DNA of 64,000 nucleotides from Patescibacteria group bacterium (GTDB lineage Bacteria; Patescibacteriota; Saccharimonadia; CAILAD01; JADZBC01): NCBI GenBank assembly GCA_052034495.1, contig JBPOIL010000001.1, positions 14 to 64,013 of the forward strand, read 5' to 3'. Shown piece by piece: positions 57,506 to 64,000 of this stretch (position 1 is its first letter; each line of letters starts with the position of its first letter). The notes under the pieces were generated by a model. It saw only the letters and a program-made list of their open reading frames with translations, ran no database searches and was not told where the DNA came from. The position numbers and the translations under genes were made by a program.

Positions 57506-59613
57506 AGTACAAAAAGTTACTCCTAATCTTATTGGCATTATCGGCATCGGTTTATTTGTATTTTGCCTACAAGTATCGTTTTGATTTACGCTTTGCACTG
57601 AGCTTGTTAAAACAAAAAAGATTAGTCGGCCTACTGACCATCTCAACTGCTCTGCTGTTTGCCGGCCACACTATCCGTGCCTACAAAACCAAAATATTAA
57701 TTGACGAGATCAAGCCATCCAAACTAAAAACCAACCTACGTGCTTTATTCGCAGGTTATTTATTCAATACTCTTTTACCCTTTAGACTAGGCGAAGTCAT
57801 CAGGGCGTTGATACTAGGTAGATCTCTGTCTATCAGTACCGGTTTTACGTTCTCTTTAATACTTCTAGAAAGAGCAGTAGACGGCCTAATACTCGGGTCA
57901 GTAAGTTTAGTCCTTTTCAACTATAGCCAGTACGTTATTAATGTCGATTTAAGCCAGTATGCTGTATTTTCGTACTTAATCCTGTTTCTGGCTATTGTCC
58001 TTTTCTCAACAATCAACATGATGAGAAGCCAAAACACCCATTTTTTAAAGGCCTGCTATGTAGCGACAAGTTTTTTGAACGATAAATATAAGAATCTAGC
58101 GCGATTTAAGCTTTGGTCGATAATCTATGGCCTACAAAAGACTGTCGATAAAAAACACATGTTCAAATACTCCCTTTACACAGTTATTATGTGGGGCTTC
58201 TACCTCTCGGCTATGTATTTACTCGCGAGCTACTTTTTTGCAGCCAAAGACATATTTGTAGAATCGGTAAGATCGGTAGCACCTTATCTTGGTACAGCAA
58301 TACCTTCAGGTCCAGCCTACATCGGAACCTATCAGTCTATCGTGGGCCCAATACTCGATAGCATATACTCGTCGCCAGTTTCGTTCACCTACATGGTATA
58401 TTCTTGGCTGCTCATCGTTGTACCGACCTCGCTTGTTGGCGTGTACGCCGTTCTGCGCACCAATGAAGATTTTCAGAAACAGCAGAAAACAATAAGTAAA
58501 TCAAAAATGCATAACAAGCTGGAGAGGGCAGGAGACATAAGTGCAGAAATGGCTGCATTTTTAGATGCTTTCTTCTCTTCGAATAGTCTCTCACACATAC
58601 TTCATAGGCTTGAATTAAACGAAGATATGAAACTCATAAAGTATTTCAAAGGAGGCTCAGATGCAAGTACGATACTTGTGCACAATGACGGCCTATACAA
58701 GGTTAGAAAAATTACGCCCATTCAGCACGCCAAAAAACTCCAAAACCAGTACGATTGGCTTAGAGAAAAGAACAGTCTAGATAGCGTAGTGAACATAATC
58801 AGCTCAAATATGACAGATACATATTACAGCATTGACATCGAATATTACCCAGAGTTTGTCCCATTCTTTGAATTCATGCACGCAAACCCTATTCAGCCAA
58901 GCGTTAAAATCATAACTGAAATTTTTGAATACATGTTTAAGCACATATACAAGCCGGGGAAAGAAAGCTTACACTCTGATCATGCTAAGGAGTATATAAA
59001 GAACCGGCTAGTTAACAAGGTTCTGCAGGCCAGCAAGATAAATCCCGACATTCAGCAAATCTTAGACTTAGAAACACTCAATATTAATGGCGTAGAGTAT
59101 ATGAACATACTTAATATTGTCGAAAAGATCAGTCATAACACAGCCGCAATGAGAGATATAAGCACCTATCGAGAAAGCCCGATTCATGGAGACCTCACTG
59201 TAGACAATATTCTTACTTCAACTAAAAATCACTCCTTCAAAATAATTGACCCTACGGACGAGAATGAAATATCTTCACCGGTTGTTGATTTTGGCAGGCA
59301 ACTGCAGTCTCTTGAGTTTGGCTATGAGTTTCTTTGTCGAGATGAAAGACCTACTAAGGCTCTAGGCAATATAATTAGCTATGACAATGAAAAATCAGCA
59401 CAGTATGAGAAGCTAAAGGTACAGCTATTGAAACTTGCAAAAAAACACCTAACCCGGGCTGAGTATAAAAGCATCCTTTTCCATACTGGAGTAATGTATT
59501 CTAGAATGCTAACCCACAGAGTGCACATTAATCCAAGCAACGCAGTAAAATTTTACGCCATTTCCGCCATTGCTTTAAATGAGTTTTATAATCAATATGA
59601 AAAATCTGTATAA
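57502..59613 (+). CDS. fusion protein: polytopic membrane domain (LPG-synthase/flippase-like TM region) + C-terminal phosphotransferase (APH/choline-kinase-like) domain
   Basis: ~330-aa multi-TM N-half. C-half has the Brenner motif IHGDLTVDNIL and a downstream D-x-x-x-F region. Confidence 0.5.
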   Translation: MKYKKLLLILLALSASVYLYFAYKYRFDLRFALSLLKQKRLVGLLTISTALLFAGHTIRAYKTKILIDEIKPSKLKTNLRALFAGYLFNTLLPFRLGEVIRALILGRSLSISTGFTFSLILLERAVDGLILGSVSLVLFNYSQYVINVDLSQYAVFSYLILFLAIVLFSTINMMRSQNTHFLKACYVATSFLNDKYKNLARFKLWSIIYGLQKTVDKKHMFKYSLYTVIMWGFYLSAMYLLASYFFAAKDIFVESVRSVAPYLGTAIPSGPAYIGTYQSIVGPILDSIYSSPVSFTYMVYSWLLIVVPTSLVGVYAVLRTNEDFQKQQKTISKSKMHNKLERAGDISAEMAAFLDAFFSSNSLSHILHRLELNEDMKLIKYFKGGSDASTILVHNDGLYKVRKITPIQHAKKLQNQYDWLREKNSLDSVVNIISSNMTDTYYSIDIEYYPEFVPFFEFMHANPIQPSVKIITEIFEYMFKHIYKPGKESLHSDHAKEYIKNRLVNKVLQASKINPDIQQILDLETLNINGVEYMNILNIVEKISHNTAAMRDISTYRESPIHGDLTVDNILTSTKNHSFKIIDPTDENEISSPVVDFGRQLQSLEFGYEFLCRDERPTKALGNIISYDNEKSAQYEKLKVQLLKLAKKHLTRAEYKSILFHTGVMYSRMLTHRVHINPSNAVKFYAISAIALNEFYNQYEKSV

Positions 59614-60979
59614 AACATACGCAAGACTTACTAAGAAGTACCCCAATAAAACTTTTGCACTGTTTTACATCAGCTGCCTAGTGATAGCTACTGTGATAGT
59701 TTTTTTACGGTTTCCAAACAATTTCACGGCACCAAACTTTTACGGCGAAGATGGCAGTATATACTTTGTGAATATTCTAGAACTTGGATTCATCAAGGCG
59801 CTCATCACTGCGTTTAACGGCTATTTCATATCTGGCTTATACCTACTGACCGGGCTTGGGCTATTGCTTAATAAAGTATTTTTCCAATCCAACTTTGCAG
59901 ATTTACCCCGCAGCATTAGTATCGTCTCCTACTTATTTATTGGCTTCTCACTGACATTGCCTATACTGCTTTTCAAAAAGCAACTCACCAAATATTGGGC
60001 AGTTGTGCTGGTGTTATTGAGCGCTTTCGTACCATTAAGACAATCAGACTATGCAATTTTTGGTACCATAGGTAATTTAAAATGGCTATTTTTTTACATC
60101 GCATTCTTGTTGACTGTCTATAGGTACATTAATTACAAAAAGAAATGGGACCAGCTAGTAATCGTGGATTTAAGTATCCTTATATGTGCCTACACCAACA
60201 GCACTACCTACCTGCTCATCCCTATAGCATTTACGCCTTATATAATTGACTACGCCAAGGCTTTTAAGAAGCCAACTCTACCAAAACCCTTTCAAGCAAG
60301 CTCTTTCTGGTCGCTTTGTGCAGTGACTTTTTTATTATTGCCACAGCTCATCTACGTAAGAATTCACGGCATACCTAAGATCCCAGGCTATCTAGATACG
60401 CCCTTTCAGGCTTCAAGGACAATCGAGATATTCATAGGTCGCTCATTTGAGTATAGTTTCACTTATGGGATATATCATCCATTCACTGATTTCCTGGCCA
60501 TTATTACCATTGCAGTCGCCACGGCCTTCCTATGCCTGCTCTATAATAAGAGATACAGGCCAATACTGCCCATTGGAATATATGCAGTAGTTTGTGCAAC
60601 GCTCTTATTTGTAATAAACAGACCGGGTATTTCGGATTTCTTTTATGGTTACAAGAATGGCGGCCCCGATCAGTTTTTTTATGTGCAAAACTTAATAGTA
60701 TACTTTTTAGTCGTAGCAGCGTTCTTTGCAAAAAACATAACCAAAATGACCAAGTGGCTATTTGCATCACTTCTCATAGTGTTTATTATTGCAAACTACC
60801 CCCTCGGCAGTTCTTTAGGCAGGAACGACGTAATGCAGAAGACCCGAGGGGATATTTATACCAACCTTAAAGAGCAATGTAATAAATCTGCAGAAAACTT
60901 TATTCTTTCCATCTACCCCTCTGAAGACTGGGAAATATCCACTAGCAAGGCACGGGCATGTAGGGGGCTAGAGAAGTGA
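59579..60979 (+). CDS. polytopic membrane protein (putative GT-C-type glycosyltransferase/polymerase), hypothetical
   Basis: 12 or more predicted TM helices; sits in the glycan locus. Confidence 0.35.
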   Translation: MSFIINMKNLYKTYARLTKKYPNKTFALFYISCLVIATVIVFLRFPNNFTAPNFYGEDGSIYFVNILELGFIKALITAFNGYFISGLYLLTGLGLLLNKVFFQSNFADLPRSISIVSYLFIGFSLTLPILLFKKQLTKYWAVVLVLLSAFVPLRQSDYAIFGTIGNLKWLFFYIAFLLTVYRYINYKKKWDQLVIVDLSILICAYTNSTTYLLIPIAFTPYIIDYAKAFKKPTLPKPFQASSFWSLCAVTFLLLPQLIYVRIHGIPKIPGYLDTPFQASRTIEIFIGRSFEYSFTYGIYHPFTDFLAIITIAVATAFLCLLYNKRYRPILPIGIYAVVCATLLFVINRPGISDFFYGYKNGGPDQFFYVQNLIVYFLVVAAFFAKNITKMTKWLFASLLIVFIIANYPLGSSLGRNDVMQKTRGDIYTNLKEQCNKSAENFILSIYPSEDWEISTSKARACRGLEK

Positions 60980-61416
60980 GCAGGGCGCTGCTTTCCAGGC
61001 AAAGCCCGTACGGCCAGATCATTCGCTATGTCGTGATGGCTTCAGTTGTCGTCACAATAGAGGTTGTTTCATTCTGGGTAATGAATTCAAGAATTGGCCT
61101 GAGGTACGAGGCGGCTGCCGTACTCAGTATGGCCATAGGCATTGTTTTAAATTGGCTCGGGAGTAACTACTTCGTCTTCAATAAAAGCAGGTTCCACCCA
61201 GTCCATGAGTTTATTCTTGTTGCAGGGGTGAGTTTAGTAGGTGTAGGTCTGCAATTACTGACCCTACATGTAGCAGTAGAGTATTTTAACATTTTGCCAG
61301 TGATCGGTAAGTTTGTCGCAATTTGTTTTACCTTTGTCTGGAACTTCTTGGTAAGGAAGCTCTATATCTTCAAAAATACTAAAGACAAGAAAGATATCGA
61401 CCCGTACGCAGTATGA
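60976..61416 (+). CDS. GtrA family protein
   Basis: 4-TM, ~140 aa; GtrA-like pattern YVVMASVVVTIEVVSFWVMN...NWLGSNYFVFNK. Confidence 0.6.
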   Translation: MSRALLSRQSPYGQIIRYVVMASVVVTIEVVSFWVMNSRIGLRYEAAAVLSMAIGIVLNWLGSNYFVFNKSRFHPVHEFILVAGVSLVGVGLQLLTLHVAVEYFNILPVIGKFVAICFTFVWNFLVRKLYIFKNTKDKKDIDPYAV

Positions 61417-61718
61417 AAACTACAGGTTAAACCCGCATTTGTAGTAAGGAATATTCCAGTCACTGCAAAAAAAACACTGCCCCAAATCCTATGGCCACCC
61501 GAGCGCCATAGGACAGGGCGCAGCCCAAGGCAATATGAGCCCCTGTACTCCGGGCGTAATAGGTAGTCTAATTCCACCAGAGCCTATTCTGCTATTGAGT
61601 GGTGTAGGTTTTAGGGCGGTATATTTTTTTAGGACAGAGGAAGGCAATACTTGCCTCCTATGTTCTTATCAAGGTCAGTTTGACCACAAGAAACCTTGAC
61701 CACTATGCTATAATTGTT

Positions 61719-62309
61719 ATGAATGGGGGCAATTCATTTACGGTGAAAAAAACAAACAACAAACATTTCCGAAAAAATAAGAAAATAGCGCTGATAGTAG
61801 CATTAGTCATGCTTGCTATCGCTTGTGTGTTTGCATACCAATTGACCAGAAGGGAGTCCCCAGATCTTGTCCAGGGAAGGCCTTCAAAACCCATTCAGGA
61901 TTCCAGCGCTAGCTCGGAGGACCCCGAGTCGGCCACGAACCAGAACAGTACTAAGCCCGTCGAGAACAGCGCTCCATTCGCCGGCAGTACTTCGACACAA
62001 GCCGAGCCTAACGGTCTGCCTATACCAATTCTGGCAAAAAGCAGCGGCAATAACGGTTCAATTCCACCTGGTGTTCTCATAAACTTCACTTGTACATCAA
62101 CCCCAGGCTACTTTTGCGAGGTTAAGCTGGAAAAGAGCGGGGCTAATCCGATCATTCTAGAGAAGAAGCAGCTTACGGGCGAAATGGGTCAGAGCTTCGC
62201 AAGCTGGAATTGGGAATCTGTTAGCGGCAAGTGGAGTGTTACGGCACTATTGAGCAATAACAGCGGCCAGGCCAAAAGTTCTGCTGCACAAACCCTGGAG
62301 GTAAGATAA
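61719..62309 (+). CDS. membrane-anchored secreted protein, hypothetical
   Basis: ATG immediately after TATAAT (leaderless-like). The track ORF starts upstream at 61680. TM helix IALIVALVMLAIACVFAY. Confidence 0.4.
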   Translation: MNGGNSFTVKKTNNKHFRKNKKIALIVALVMLAIACVFAYQLTRRESPDLVQGRPSKPIQDSSASSEDPESATNQNSTKPVENSAPFAGSTSTQAEPNGLPIPILAKSSGNNGSIPPGVLINFTCTSTPGYFCEVKLEKSGANPIILEKKQLTGEMGQSFASWNWESVSGKWSVTALLSNNSGQAKSSAAQTLEVR

Positions 62310-63508
62310 TGAATATACTTAAGAAGTTACTATTTGTAGTTTTTGCAGTGGTAGTTGTCGTTACAGTCCAGGCTGCTCCGGCTAAGGCTTATTCTAACGA
62401 GAATATGATCGATAATGCGGTCTTTGACAATAAAGATGCTATGAACGAGTCTCAAATCCGCGCATTTATTCAGTCGCGACCCAATACATGCTTAACCCGT
62501 GTGGGTGCTGGCCTTGGCGGCGGCAATATCTTTGATGAGCCAATGGACTACTTTACGTACGGACCCAATAAAGTTGATGCTGCTCGAGTAATCTACAAAG
62601 CTGCGCAGTACAACGAGATCAACCCGAGAGTGATCTTAGCTACGCTGCAAAAAGAACAGAGTATGATTACCGACAGTGATTGCTACAGCGATGCACCTTC
62701 ACTAAATAAGGCCATGGGCTACGCTTGCTACGAGGGCGCCGATGCTTGTCCGGCAAGCTGGGCAGCTGGTTTTGAAAAGCAGATTATGAAGGGCGCTTGG
62801 CAATTAGCTTTTGATCGCCAGCGAGCTGAGGGTAATACGAGCTGGGGAGGGAATGATTCCATTACGTATGGCGGCCGTATGACGGAAGGCAACCGTAGGC
62901 GTTGCGGCACCTGCACACTTATATACTACGACGGCTATTCTGTGATTGATGGTGTGAATACCCGAATGGGCAACGGTGCCACCGCCTCCCTCTATAACTA
63001 CACGCCACATCGAAACCAGAGCTTCCCGTATTGGTTTGAGCAGTTCTTTGGTTCAGGGGCTACTACTGCCGCCCAAGATCCTGCTTACCCACTTTGGGTA
63101 GTTTTTAGAGCGTTTAATAAGTATAGCGGCAAACATCTATACACCATGGACGTTGATGAATGGAAAAACTCTCCAAAGTTTGGCTATTCTCAAGAGAACT
63201 ATGTATTCATACAGTACCCAAGCGCAACAAATGTTCCATTATGGAGGCTTAACAACCCTCAAAAACGGAAATACTTTTATACTACAAGTTATGCAGAGGC
63301 TGATTATGCCGCACGTCGCCTGGGTTATATTATCGAAGGGGTAGCATTCAATGTTGAACCTGCTTTAAAGCCAGGCCTCAAACCAGTTTATAGAGTATAT
63401 AACCCGTATATAGATAATCATTTATTCACTCAAAGCATCACAGAAAGAGACCAGGCTCTTACTCAGAAGTGGTATATTAACGAAGGTATAGCCTGGTATT
63501 CTTATTAA
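62309..63508 (+). CDS. secreted protein with three C-terminal Y-x-x-YNP...HLYT-type repeats (cell-wall-binding-repeat-like), hypothetical
   Basis: Signal peptide. Repeats HLYTMDVDEW, LWRLNNPQKRKYFYTTSYAEADYA and YRVYNPYIDNHLFTQSITERDQAL. Confidence 0.45.
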   Translation: MNILKKLLFVVFAVVVVVTVQAAPAKAYSNENMIDNAVFDNKDAMNESQIRAFIQSRPNTCLTRVGAGLGGGNIFDEPMDYFTYGPNKVDAARVIYKAAQYNEINPRVILATLQKEQSMITDSDCYSDAPSLNKAMGYACYEGADACPASWAAGFEKQIMKGAWQLAFDRQRAEGNTSWGGNDSITYGGRMTEGNRRRCGTCTLIYYDGYSVIDGVNTRMGNGATASLYNYTPHRNQSFPYWFEQFFGSGATTAAQDPAYPLWVVFRAFNKYSGKHLYTMDVDEWKNSPKFGYSQENYVFIQYPSATNVPLWRLNNPQKRKYFYTTSYAEADYAARRLGYIIEGVAFNVEPALKPGLKPVYRVYNPYIDNHLFTQSITERDQALTQKWYINEGIAWYSY

Positions 63509-63548
63509 GCTGTTTGACTGAGAGGTTCTATCAAACTACAATTAGTTT

Positions 63549-64000
63549 GTGAGCAAGCCAGATACTCTAGACATCTCTGTAATAATACCGTTTTATAACA
63601 AAGCTGATATGACGATAGGCTGCGTGAACAGTCTATTTATGTATGGCCCACAGGTAAAAGAAATACTACTCATCAATAACAACTCTCAGCAACGGGAAGT
63701 AGATCAGATATTTGATTACACACAGCAACATAATAACGTTGAGTTGTTGCATTATGCCAAGCCATTCAACTATCAGAAACTTAATAATTGGGCTGTAAAA
63801 CAGTCGACTGGCAAGTTTATCTTATTCCTGAATAACGACACTGAGCTTGTAAAAAACAGCACTGGCCTAATAGAGAGCATGTACAATAAGGCTAAAGACA
63901 AGAAGATTGGCGCTGTAGGCTGCTTATTATTGTATGGAGATAATAAAACCGTTCAGCATGGCGGGGTATTTTTAGTGACGGCAGGATTGGCGGACCATAT
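63549..64000 (+). CDS. glycosyltransferase family 2 protein (truncated at window end)
   Basis: GTG start. N-terminal ISVIIPFYNKADMT and ILFLNNDTEL (DxD region). No stop before the window end. Confidence 0.65.
   Translation, partial: MSKPDTLDISVIIPFYNKADMTIGCVNSLFMYGPQVKEILLINNNSQQREVDQIFDYTQQHNNVELLHYAKPFNYQKLNNWAVKQSTGKFILFLNNDTELVKNSTGLIESMYNKAKDKKIGAVGCLLLYGDNKTVQHGGVFLVTAGLADH

Overview
This 64-kb window reads as a small-genome, Gram-positive-type bacterial chromosome at about 45-50% GC. By inference it is possibly a Saccharibacteria/CPR-like epibiont. The replication origin sits in the middle of the window: recF, dnaN and dnaA on the minus strand are bracketed by two DnaA-box clusters, with rpmH-rnpA-yidD-yidC-jag-mnmE diverging on the plus strand. 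gyrB does not follow recF as usual. Instead, a Gram-positive-style type IV secretion (T4SS)-like locus at 26.5-41.2 kb directly abuts the origin. That locus holds five tandem VirB2/TrbC-like pilin paralogs, a VirB6/TrbL-like membrane protein, a PrgI/VirB3-like protein and a VirB4/PrgJ ATPase that appears split into two ORFs at a Pro/Gln-rich linker. It also holds a 1092-aa membrane protein ending in an M15 (LAS) peptidase domain and a secreted SGNH-esterase + lysozyme-like + CHAP three-domain peptidoglycan hydrolase. Housekeeping genes include pgm/pmm, two tandem FemAB genes, tsaD, valS, Nudix, GNAT, a CDP-alcohol phosphatidyltransferase, an ABC exporter, pirin, thioredoxin-like/CcdA, comFC and hsp20. 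There are also a VanW gene and a dTDP-rhamnose operon (rfbBCDA). That operon is followed by an AT-rich glycan-decoration island containing GT2, NTP-transferase, HAD, kinase-fused membrane protein and GtrA genes. There are four tRNAs: Ser-GCT, Ser-TGA, Ser-CGA and Arg-GCG. The most unusual signal is a set of six short islands at about 60-65% GC: 1-1200, 1885-2335, 4740-6250, 8780-9470, 17230-18030 and 19965-20670. Each carries small ORFs with strong Shine-Dalgarno sites, near-consensus sigma70 promoters in the flanking AT-rich DNA, and GC-rich hairpin terminators. Three of them share a terminator motif, AAGGACC...GG(G)TCCTTCTT(T)CG, and two share a GTCGAGGGGYGGGGT motif. I could assign no function to any of the island ORFs. 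Next to one island lies a 1.4-kb ORF-free, hairpin-rich region that could be a structured RNA.
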